A stretch of 64,000 nucleotides of DNA from Dehalococcoidia bacterium (lineage in GTDB: Bacteria > Chloroflexota > Dehalococcoidia > UBA2979): positions 622,731 to 686,730 of the forward strand of contig CBDBPS010000002.1 in NCBI GenBank assembly GCA_965208885.1, given 5' to 3'. Shown piece after piece: positions 8,262-16,227 of the stretch (the stretch's first letter is position 1; each line of letters begins with the position of its first letter). The notes below the pieces were generated by a model that made no database searches, was not told where the DNA came from, and saw nothing but the letters and a program-made list of their open reading frames with translations. The position numbers and the translations under genes were made by a program.

Positions 8262-9707
8262 ATGGAGCATACCCCGCCCCTCCACCCCTACCGCTCCTAC
8301 CGGCCCTCCGGTGTCGAATGGCTGGGCGACGTCCCGGAGCATTGGGATGTGCGGCGTATCAAGACGTTCCTTCGTGAACGTGACGAGCGGGGCGACGATG
8401 GGAACCGCGAGCTACTATCGCTGACTCGGACGCAGGGATTGGTGCCACAAGCCCAAGCGTCCGAACGAATCGCACTCACAGATAATCTGGTGAACCACAA
8501 GGTCTGCAGCCCTGGAGACCTCATTATGAACCGGATGCAAGCGTGGTCTGGTATGTTCGCGATTGCATCTCAAGAGGGCTTAGTTAGTCCTGATTACTGT
8601 GTCCTTCAACCTGTCGGGACCTCCTACGACATGCAGTACTTCGAGCGCTTATTCAAGGTACCTGCGATCGTTGGCGCATTCGCGAGATATTCGAAGGGAA
8701 TAGGCAGCGGATTCAACCGGCTATACACACCGGACCTTGGGAGAATCGCAGTATCGGTCCCGACCCGCACTGAGCAGCGCGCCATAACCGGCTACCTTGA
8801 CTACGTGGACCGGCACATCCGGCGCTACGTCGACGCCAAGCGGAAGCTCATCGAGCTACTGGAGGAGGAGCGGCAGGCCGTCGTCAACCAGGCCGTCACG
8901 CGGGGCCTCGACCGCAACGTGCGCCTCAAGCCCTCCGGCGTCGAGTGGCTGGGCGACATGCCCGAGCACTGGGAGGTGCGGCCACTCAAACGCGTTCTGC
9001 ATCGCCTCATCGACTGCGAACACAAGACCGCCCCTGCCGTCAATGCGAGCTCGTATCGGGTGGTGCGTACCTCCGCAGTACGGGGAGGCTCCCTCGTGAT
9101 TGCAGGTACGTATTGCACGTCGGAAGAGGCATTCGCTGAGTGGACGAGAAGGGGAGCGCCCGAGCCAGGTGATGTTATTTTCACGCGCGAGGCACCAGCA
9201 GGTGAGGCCTGTGTCGTGCCCGGCGACCTCAGCCTCTGCCTGGGGCAGCGTACCGTCTTGATGAAGGTCGACCGAAGTGCTTATGAGCCGCATTTCCTCG
9301 TCCACATGTTGTACGCAGGTCCATCGCGCGACGAGATGGAGTTGGCTTCCCGAGGCTCTACTGTTCCCCACTTCAATGTTGAAGATATCGGTGTGCTGCC
9401 GGTGCTCGCGCCGCCGGTTTCGGAACAAACCGCAATCGTCGGCTACCTCGCCCACGAAACCGCAGCGATCGATACCACCATCGACCGCTTGGGCCGCGAA
9501 ATCGAGCTGATTGAGGAGTACCGCACGAGGCTGGTCGCCGACGTGGTGACTGGTAAGCTCGACGTGCGGGGGGCAGAGGCGCAGTTGTTGGACGAGGAAG
9601 GCGACGACTGGCGAGAAGAAGCCCGGCCGGGGGACTTCCTTGATGATGACCGCATCCCCGAGGAGCCCTCGGACGGCCTGACAATTGAGAGTGAGGTAGC
9701 GAGATGA
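8262..9707 (+). CDS. hsdS: Type I R-M specificity subunit HsdS (two target-recognition domains)
   Basis: The conserved region is duplicated (PSGVEWLGDVPEHWDVRRIK / PSGVEWLGDMPEHWEVRPLK), with the central and C-terminal coiled-coil spacers (IELLEEERQAVVNQAVTRGLD; LIEEYRTRLVADVVTGKLDV) typical of HsdS. ATG 8262 lies 5 nt after the TIR2 stop. Confidence 0.9.
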   Translation: MEHTPPLHPYRSYRPSGVEWLGDVPEHWDVRRIKTFLRERDERGDDGNRELLSLTRTQGLVPQAQASERIALTDNLVNHKVCSPGDLIMNRMQAWSGMFAIASQEGLVSPDYCVLQPVGTSYDMQYFERLFKVPAIVGAFARYSKGIGSGFNRLYTPDLGRIAVSVPTRTEQRAITGYLDYVDRHIRRYVDAKRKLIELLEEERQAVVNQAVTRGLDRNVRLKPSGVEWLGDMPEHWEVRPLKRVLHRLIDCEHKTAPAVNASSYRVVRTSAVRGGSLVIAGTYCTSEEAFAEWTRRGAPEPGDVIFTREAPAGEACVVPGDLSLCLGQRTVLMKVDRSAYEPHFLVHMLYAGPSRDEMELASRGSTVPHFNVEDIGVLPVLAPPVSEQTAIVGYLAHETAAIDTTIDRLGREIELIEEYRTRLVADVVTGKLDVRGAEAQLLDEEGDDWREEARPGDFLDDDRIPEEPSDGLTIESEVAR

Positions 9708-9925
9708 CGGACTGGGAGAGCTGCCCCGCAGTCGAGAGCGTCCCCGGCAAGGTCAGCGGCGCCTCCATCTTCACAGGGACGAGGGTGCCGGTCTCGGCCC
9801 TGTTTGAGAACCTCGCGAGCGGGGCCACGGTTGAAGAGTTCCTGGACTGGTTTCCGGGCGTCGAGGAGTGGCAGGTGCGGGCTGTCCTCGATCACGAGGC
9901 GCAGGCCCTCCGGATGCCCGCCTAG
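9704..9925 (+). CDS. DUF433-domain protein (antitoxin-like)
   Basis: GASIFTGTRVPVSALFENLASGATVEEFLDWFPGVEEWQVRAVLDH matches the DUF433 pattern. ATGA overlap with the hsdS stop. Confidence 0.75.
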   Translation: MTDWESCPAVESVPGKVSGASIFTGTRVPVSALFENLASGATVEEFLDWFPGVEEWQVRAVLDHEAQALRMPA

Positions 9926-9927
9926 TC

Positions 9928-10251
9928 GTGAGGATCTTGTTCGATCAGGGCACGCCCGCTCCTCTCCGGCGGCACCTCGGCGACCATGAGGTCGATACCG
10001 TGGCGGAGCGAGGGTGGTCCAAGCTGAACAACGGAGACCTGGTCGGGAGGGCCGAGGACGAGGGCTACGACATCCTCGTCACGACCGACCAGAACATGCG
10101 CTACCAGCAGAACCTCGCTGGCCGGCGGCTGGCGGCGGTGGTGCTGCTGTCCACGGCGTGGCCGTACGTGCGGCTGCGGACCGCGGAGATTCGCGCGGCC
10201 ATCAGTGAGGTTCGTCCCGGGGAGTTCAGGGAAGTCCCGATTCCACGTTAG
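9928..10251 (+). CDS. DUF5615-family PIN-like protein (partner of DUF433)
   Basis: GTG 9928 lies 2 nt after the DUF433 stop. VRILFDQGTPAPLRRHLGDHEVDTV...GYDILVTTDQNM matches the DUF5615 pattern. The upstream extension from 9868 in the track overlaps DUF433 and is rejected. Confidence 0.7.
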   Translation: MRILFDQGTPAPLRRHLGDHEVDTVAERGWSKLNNGDLVGRAEDEGYDILVTTDQNMRYQQNLAGRRLAAVVLLSTAWPYVRLRTAEIRAAISEVRPGEFREVPIPR

Positions 10252-10314
10252 ACTCTCCTCCTGAGGCGACGGAAGGCGCACCCCCCGGCCAATCTGCGCA
10301 GCGTCCCCGACCCA

Positions 10315-10632
10315 TTGCGAGGGAAGGCCGAGGCGAAAACGTTGCTCTGGGAGTGGGATCCAAATAAGAACCGAGCCAACCTTCGAGACCACGGTATCGA
10401 GTTCGAGACCGCTATACTCGTCTTCAGCGACCCGCTTGCGGCGACGGTTCCGGATCCACACCCGCACGAAGAGCGGTGGCGGACAATGGCAGTCGTGGGA
10501 GCGGCGGCCATCGTGGTCGTACACACTTCTCCCAAACTCGACCCGGGATCGGGCGAGGAGGTTGGACGCATCGTCTCCGCCCGCAAGCTGACCAGGCGCG
10601 AGCGACAACACTATGAAGAAGGACATGTCTGA
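10315..10632 (+). CDS. brnT: BrnT-family (DUF497) ribonuclease toxin
   Basis: LWEWDPNKNRANLRDHGIEFETAILVFSDPLAATVPD is the DUF497/BrnT N-terminal signature. The start is uncertain (TTG 10315 or TTG 10342 after GAGG). Confidence 0.75.
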   Translation: MRGKAEAKTLLWEWDPNKNRANLRDHGIEFETAILVFSDPLAATVPDPHPHEERWRTMAVVGAAAIVVVHTSPKLDPGSGEEVGRIVSARKLTRRERQHYEEGHV

Positions 10633-13600
10633 TCTGACGCAGCGCCAGAGGGACCAATTGCGGGCCCTGGAGGCCCTCCCGGACGATCAGATCGATCTGT
10701 CAGAAGCGCCCGAGGTCCTCGACTGGTCGAACGCGGCTCGCGGCAAGTACCACCGACCGGGCGAAGCACACGTCGGCCGTCCGCTTCGCACGACCACCGA
10801 CACGAGCGAGGGGGGGCTGGAGCGACTCATCTGCACGGCGCTGACTGGAGCGCCCTGCGACTCACCGGACAGCAGCGCGTTCCACGAGCGTCCGGCCACC
10901 TACAACGCGGGCTGGATCTGCGGAGAGCCACGCGACTACGACCGCGAATACTGCGTCGACCTCGTCCAGCTCGCCGCGTTTCTCCAGGCTACCCAGCCCG
11001 ACGCCGCCGAATCCTTCGAGTTCGACACGGATGGCCCGGCGCGGCGCAAGTTCCTGGCCCGACTGCAGGGCGAGATTACGAAGCGCGGGACCGTCGATGT
11101 GTTGCGGAAGGGCGTGAGCCACGGACCGCACCGGATCGACCTGATGTACGGCTCTCCGTCTCCGGGGAACGAGGCAGCGCGGGTCCGGTACGGGCAGAAC
11201 CGGTTCAGCGTCACGAGGCAACTCCGTTACAGCCGTGAAGAGGCCCAGCTCGCGCTCGACCTGTGCCTCTTCGTCAACGGCTTGCCCGTCGCCACCTTCG
11301 AGCTCAAGAACAGCCTGACCAAGCAAACAGTCGCCGATGCCGTCGAGCAGTACAAGCGGGATCGCAACCCACGGGAGAAGCTCTTCCAACTCGGCCGCTG
11401 CCTCGTCCACTTCGCCGTGGACGACCATGAGGTGCAGTTCTGCACCCAGCTGCGAGGCAGGGAGTCATGGTTCCTGCCCTTCAACCGTGGCTGGGACGGC
11501 GGCGCCGGCAACCCGACCAACCCCAACGGCCTCAAGACCGACTACCTGTGGAAGCAGGTCCTCACCCGCGACGGCCTCACCGACATCATCGAGAACTACG
11601 CCCAGATTGTGGAGACGAAGGATGAGAGGACCGGCCGCAAGAGGCGCGAGCAACTCTGGCCGCGCTACCACCAGCTCGACGTGGTACGGGAGTTGCTGGC
11701 CGACGCTTCGGAGCGTGGAGTCGGGTTCCGGTACCTGATCGAGCACTCGGCCGGCAGCGGAAAGTCGAACTCCATCGCCTGGCTGGCCCACCAATTGATC
11801 GGGCTGGAGCGAGACGGCGCCACCATCGTCGACTCGGTGATTGTCGTAACGGACCGGCGGGTGCTCGACAGGCAGATACGCGACACCATCAAGCAGTTCG
11901 CGCAGGTTGGCTCCGTCGTGGGCCACGCTCAGGATGCCGCCCATCTCCGCACCCTGCTCGAGGAGGGCAAGCGGATCGTCATCACCACCGTTCAGAAGTT
12001 CCCGTTCATCCTCGATGCGATCGGAGATGAGCATCGCGGGCGCAAGTTCGCCCTCATCATTGACGAGGCCCACTCAAGCCAGGGCGGACGGACATCGACG
12101 TCGGTCTCCATGGCACTGGGGAAGGCTGGCGTGGTGGACGAGGACGAGACGGCCGAGGACACGATCAACCGACTGATGGAGTCTCGGAAGCTGCTGCCCA
12201 ACGCTAGCTACTTCGCCTTCACCGCTACGCCCAAGAACAAGACCCTCGAGATATTCGGCGACCCCGCGACCGAGGGCGGGAAGACGCGGCACGCGCCATT
12301 CCACTCCTACACCATGAAGCAGGCGATCCAGGAGGGATTCATCATCGATGTCCTTCGGAACTACACGCCCGTGGACAGCTACTACCGGCTGGTGAAGACA
12401 GTGGAGGGAGACCCCGAGTTCGACACCAAGCGGGCCGGGAAGAAACTGCGCCGCTACGTCGAGGACAACGACCACGCGATCCGCCTGAAGGCCGAGATCA
12501 TGGTGGACCACTTTCACGAGCAGGTGGCGGGCCTTCAGAAGATCGGCGGCCAGGCGCGAGCGATGGTCGTCACGAGCAGCGTTCAGCGGGCGATCAGCTA
12601 CTACGACGCCATCCGCAACTACCTGATCGAGCGCAAGAGTCCGTACCGCGTCATAGTCGCCTTCTCGGGCGAGCGCGAGTACGGCGGCGCGAGAGTCACG
12701 GAGACGTCCCTCAACGGCTTCTCATCGAGCCTGATCGCCGAGAAGATTCGCGAGGAGCCATTCCGGTTCCTGGTCTGCGCCGACAAGTTCCAGACCGGCT
12801 ATGACGAGCCGCTGCTGCACACGATGTACGTAGACAAACAACTCGCGGGTGTGAAGGCCGTGCAGACGCTGTCGCGCCTCAACCGCGCCCACCCTCGGAA
12901 GCACGACGCCTTCGTGCTGGACTTCGCCAACGACGCCGACACGATCCAGACCGCCTTCGCCGACTACTACCGCACCACCGTACTCGCCGAAGAGACCGAT
13001 CCAGACAGGCTGCACGACCTCAAGGCGGCCCTCGACGGTTACCAGGTCTACGCGCCCGAGCAGGTGGACGATCTGGTGGAACGGTATCTCTCGGGAGCGG
13101 AACGGGACCGGCTCGACCCCATCCTGGACACCTGCGTCGCCGTCTACCGCGAGCAGCTGGACGAGGATGGCCAGGTCGACTTCAAGGGGAAGGCGAAGGC
13201 CTTTCTCCGAACCTACGACTTCCTGGCGGCCACCCTGCCGTACACGTATCCCGACTGGGAGAAGCTCTCGATCTTCCTGACGTTCCTCGTACCCAAACTG
13301 CCCGCCCCAATCGAGGACGACCTGTCAAAGGGGATCCTCGACGCCATCGACATGGACAGCTACCGCATCGAGAAGCAGGCGGTACGGGACATCCAGTTGC
13401 CAGACGAGGATGCCAAGATTGGTCCTGTTCCGACCGAGGGTGGAGGCCAGAAACCCGAGACGGAATTGGACCGGCTCTCGAACATCCTCAGGGAGTTCAA
13501 CGACCGCTTCGGCAGCATCGAGTGGAAGGACCACGACAAGATCGAGAAGGTGATCGCCGAGGAGTTGCCGAGGAAGGTTGCCGAGGATCGGGCGTATCAG

Positions 13601-13810
13601 AACGCGATGGCCAACTCCGACCGGCAGAACGCCCGGATCGAGCACGACAAGGCCCTCGAGCGCGCCATGACTGACGTGCTCGCCGACCACACCGAGCTGT
13701 TCAAGCAGTTCAGCGACAACGAGTCGTTCCGCCGCTGGCTCTCCGAGATGGTCTTCGCTGTCACCTATTCGGGATCGGCCTCGCCCGCCAGCACGGCGAT
13801 CGCGACGTAG
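10613..13810 (+). CDS. hsdR: Type I restriction enzyme R subunit HsdR with a ~55-aa N-terminal BrnA (DUF4415)-like extension
   Basis: Helicase motifs (SAGSGKSNSIAW, DEAHSSQGG, FTATPKNKT, QTLSRLNR) and an N-terminal nuclease region. The first ~50 residues (LTQRQRDQLRALEALPDDQIDLSEAPEVLDWSNAARGKYHRP) look like the N-terminal part of a BrnA antitoxin. The start overlaps the brnT 3' end. Confidence 0.9.
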   Translation: MKKDMSDLTQRQRDQLRALEALPDDQIDLSEAPEVLDWSNAARGKYHRPGEAHVGRPLRTTTDTSEGGLERLICTALTGAPCDSPDSSAFHERPATYNAGWICGEPRDYDREYCVDLVQLAAFLQATQPDAAESFEFDTDGPARRKFLARLQGEITKRGTVDVLRKGVSHGPHRIDLMYGSPSPGNEAARVRYGQNRFSVTRQLRYSREEAQLALDLCLFVNGLPVATFELKNSLTKQTVADAVEQYKRDRNPREKLFQLGRCLVHFAVDDHEVQFCTQLRGRESWFLPFNRGWDGGAGNPTNPNGLKTDYLWKQVLTRDGLTDIIENYAQIVETKDERTGRKRREQLWPRYHQLDVVRELLADASERGVGFRYLIEHSAGSGKSNSIAWLAHQLIGLERDGATIVDSVIVVTDRRVLDRQIRDTIKQFAQVGSVVGHAQDAAHLRTLLEEGKRIVITTVQKFPFILDAIGDEHRGRKFALIIDEAHSSQGGRTSTSVSMALGKAGVVDEDETAEDTINRLMESRKLLPNASYFAFTATPKNKTLEIFGDPATEGGKTRHAPFHSYTMKQAIQEGFIIDVLRNYTPVDSYYRLVKTVEGDPEFDTKRAGKKLRRYVEDNDHAIRLKAEIMVDHFHEQVAGLQKIGGQARAMVVTSSVQRAISYYDAIRNYLIERKSPYRVIVAFSGEREYGGARVTETSLNGFSSSLIAEKIREEPFRFLVCADKFQTGYDEPLLHTMYVDKQLAGVKAVQTLSRLNRAHPRKHDAFVLDFANDADTIQTAFADYYRTTVLAEETDPDRLHDLKAALDGYQVYAPEQVDDLVERYLSGAERDRLDPILDTCVAVYREQLDEDGQVDFKGKAKAFLRTYDFLAATLPYTYPDWEKLSIFLTFLVPKLPAPIEDDLSKGILDAIDMDSYRIEKQAVRDIQLPDEDAKIGPVPTEGGGQKPETELDRLSNILREFNDRFGSIEWKDHDKIEKVIAEELPRKVAEDRAYQNAMANSDRQNARIEHDKALERAMTDVLADHTELFKQFSDNESFRRWLSEMVFAVTYSGSASPASTAIAT

Positions 13811-13845
13811 CGCGCCGCCGACGACCTCCGAGAGAGGTCCATCGC

Positions 13846-14762
13846 CGCTCAACGAAGGCCGGGTTCGGACCCCGGCGACACTTCGGCGTGGACCACCGCC
13901 GTCGACGCGACGTTGATCGCTCAACGAAGGCCGGGGTTCGGACCCCGGCGACACTGGGAATGGCGTAGAACGCGGGCCGCCCGTGGTCGTCGCTCAACGA
14001 AGGCCGGGGTTCGGACCCCGGCGACACAGGGAGGTCTCGACGACCGGGAACACAGTCCGGACCGCTCAACGAAGGCCGGGGTTCGGACCCCGGCGACACC
14101 TGGCGCAGTTGCCGCACGTCCTCCACGAGCCCGCTTCGCTCAACGAAGGCCGGGGTTCGGACCCCGGCGACACGCCGCGTCGGCGGCGAGGGCGGGGAGC
14201 TTCCAGATGCCGCTCAACGAAGGCCGGGGTTCGGACCCCGGCGACACTTCCTGAGCGTGGACGTGGCAACGGCGGTCGGCGCGCGCTCAACGAAGGCCGG
14301 GGTTCGGACCCCGGCGACACTACTCTCAACCTGGAAGACAAGGGCCTCAGCCCTTCGCTCAACGAAGGCCGGGGTTCGGACCCCGGCGACACAGGGCGCT
14401 TGCCGAACCGTGACGGGAAGCACCGGGAAGCGCTCAACGAAGGCCGGGGTTCGGACCCCGGCGACACTCAGGTCTCTTACGTCAACCGCATACCCCTGTG
14501 GGGACGCTCAACGAAGGCCGGGGTTCGGACCCCGGCGACACCCCCAACATCCGCTACTACGGCACGGCCTTTGACGACGCTCAACGAAGGCCGGGGTTCG
14601 GACCCCGGCGACACGTGGATCCAGATGGTCGGGTGGGCATCCCAGGGCACCGCTCAACGAAGGCCGGGGTTCGGACCCCGGCGACACCCGGCGAACACGA
14701 GCTCGATCGTGAGGCCGACCGCTTCCGCTCAACGAAGGCCGGGGTTCGGACCCCGGCGACAC
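13846..14762 (-). CRISPR. CRISPR array: 13 repeats (37 nt; distal copy 36 nt) and 12 spacers (35-38 nt)
   Basis: Plus-strand repeat is CGCTCAACGAAGGCCGGGGTTCGGACCCCGGCGACAC (internal stem GCCGGGG/CCCCGGC). Repeat starts: 13846, 13918, 13991, 14063, 14137, 14211, 14284, 14356, 14431, 14505, 14578, 14651, 14726. The copy at 13846 lacks one G, which marks the degenerate distal end. The strand is assigned from the cas operon and leader position. Confidence 0.97.
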
Positions 14763-14916
14763 TGCTAATCGTATCAGGGGAGGAGCCTGAAGAGAGGATT
14801 GCCCACTATTGCGGCTGTGGAAGGCCCTGGGCGGTGCGGGATCCGGGCCGTTCATGGCTCGATTCTACCCAATATCACCACTGACTCGCTGAATCACCGG
14901 ACGTTCGCAGACCGTG
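14763..14916 (-). promoter_or_regulatory. Putative CRISPR leader between cas2 and the first (newest-end) repeat
   Basis: 154-nt non-coding stretch, visibly less G+C-rich than its surroundings. It lies between the cas2 stop and the intact repeat end of the array. The degenerate repeat is at the opposite end. Confidence 0.5.
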
Positions 14917-15207
14917 TCAGAGCAGCCATGGCTGACCAAGCTTCCGTCCCTGGCTTCGCCCGAGGCGCAGCGTAGCGTCGTCGATCTTGGCGGGGAAGCG
15001 GTAGACGATCACGGAGTCCCGCTCGTGATCGATCACGTCGGCGACCTCGCCGATCATGCGAGCCAGCCGCGTCGCGGAGAGCCGACACTCGAACACCGAG
15101 AACTGCACGCGCTGGCCGTACTTCTCGCACATGTCGGCAATCCGCCTGAGTCGCACTCCTCCGGCGCCTTCCGTGTCAGCGATGTCGTACGTGATGAGAA
15201 CGTCCAT
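14917..15207 (-). CDS. cas2: CRISPR-associated endoribonuclease Cas2
   Basis: 96 aa. MDVLITYDIAD...VQFSVFEC is the typical Cas2 ferredoxin-fold N-terminus. Confidence 0.9.
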   Translation of the reverse strand: MDVLITYDIADTEGAGGVRLRRIADMCEKYGQRVQFSVFECRLSATRLARMIGEVADVIDHERDSVIVYRFPAKIDDATLRLGRSQGRKLGQPWLL

Positions 15208-15210
15208 CGT

Positions 15211-16227
15211 TCAAGGCAGCACGAACGGAGGATACGCCGGCAGGTCGCCGCGCAGGTGTCGCGCGAGCAACGTGGCCTGGACCGAGGGCAGCGCCCACCG
15301 CTCCACCGGTCGCCCCAGGAGTTGATGCTGAATCTCCGTCTCCTTGTGCGCCTCCCACGCTTCGAGCAACCGCGTTCGTCCGTCGCTGCTGAGGTAGACA
15401 CCGCCGCCCGGCGTGTGGTCGAAGTCGCCCACGCCGATCTGCCGGCGGCGGACGAGCGACACGACGAAACGATCCGTCAGCGCCCGGAACTCTTCGGCAA
15501 GGTCCAGCGCGAGCGACGGTCGGCCCGCGCGAGGACGGTGGAAAAACCCCATTTGGTAGTCGAGCCCGACGCTCTCCGCAGCGCCGATGCACTCCGTCAC
15601 GAGCATCCCGTAGCAGAAGCCGAGCAGGGCGTTGACCGGATCGCGGGGCGGCCGGCGCGTCCTCCCGGAGAACTCGAGCTCGCTTGACGACACGGCCTGG
15701 GCGAGCGCGCGAAAGTAGATCCTGGCCGCATCCCCCTCGACGCCTCGCACGTGGTCGCCGGTTTCTGCTTCGGCCAACCGAGCGATGCGCTCCCTGATCT
15801 GCTCGCCTCGGGCGGCGAGCTCTTCGGCCGCGGCAGGGTCCTTCTCGTCCCGCGACCAGCGACGGACGATCGTGCTGCTGTTCTGGAGCTTGGCCGCCAC
15901 CACCGCCCTGGCCACGTCCAACGACCGCGCATCGTCCGTCACCGTCTCGAACTGCGCCGTGCGCAGGTGCACGTTCCCGCTGGTCGGGCCGTTGACGACG
16001 AACCGGATCGCGCCGTTCATCTGGAGGGCCGCGACCCGCACGCCGCGGCGCACGCACGCGTCGAGCGCCTGCGTGGTGATCTGCGCGCCGCCCAGCACGA
16101 CGAGCGCGTCGACCGCTTCAAGCGGAACGCGCTGGCTGCCTTCCGGCGAAGAGACGAGCAACGATCCCCGCCGATGCTGCACCCGCGCGCGGTGGTTCCT
16201 GACGTAGACGGTGTTCAGGTACCTCAT
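15211..16227 (-). CDS. cas1: CRISPR-associated integrase Cas1
   Basis: MRYLNTVYVRNHRARVQHRRGSLLV... and ...PRDPVNALLGFCYGML... are Cas1 motifs. The ATG at 16227 overlaps the cas4 stop (ATGA). The longer track ORF (to 16515) overlaps cas4. Confidence 0.95.
   Translation of the reverse strand: MRYLNTVYVRNHRARVQHRRGSLLVSSPEGSQRVPLEAVDALVVLGGAQITTQALDACVRRGVRVAALQMNGAIRFVVNGPTSGNVHLRTAQFETVTDDARSLDVARAVVAAKLQNSSTIVRRWSRDEKDPAAAEELAARGEQIRERIARLAEAETGDHVRGVEGDAARIYFRALAQAVSSSELEFSGRTRRPPRDPVNALLGFCYGMLVTECIGAAESVGLDYQMGFFHRPRAGRPSLALDLAEEFRALTDRFVVSLVRRRQIGVGDFDHTPGGGVYLSSDGRTRLLEAWEAHKETEIQHQLLGRPVERWALPSVQATLLARHLRGDLPAYPPFVLP

Noticed and set aside
10613-10800. Possibility that a normal, separate brnA gene sits between brnT and hsdR
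   Set aside because: I read the frame codon by codon and found no stop between ATG 10613 and the conserved HsdR N-terminus, and no alternative start codon for hsdR. It is therefore reported as a fusion, with a sequencing-error caveat in the findings.
13846-14762. Self-targeting spacers, or spacers matching the neighbouring R-M/TIR genes
   Set aside because: A by-eye comparison of the 12 spacers with the rest of the window found no match. This is not an exhaustive search, so it is neither claimed nor excluded.
13761-14884. Several long ORFs on both strands across 13.8-14.9 kb (for example 13983..14768, 261 aa) with reiterated AQRRPGFGPRRH / LNEGRGSDPGDT / VSPGSEPRPSLS peptides
   Set aside because: The periodic peptides are translations of the 37-nt CRISPR repeat in different frames. 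The region is a CRISPR array, not coding sequence.
14914-16057. Plus- and minus-strand ORFs of 257-293 aa overlapping cas2/cas1 (14914..15687 +, 15176..16057 -)
   Set aside because: They are alternative-frame or antisense shadows of cas1 and cas2 with extreme Arg/Pro/Gly content and no motifs.
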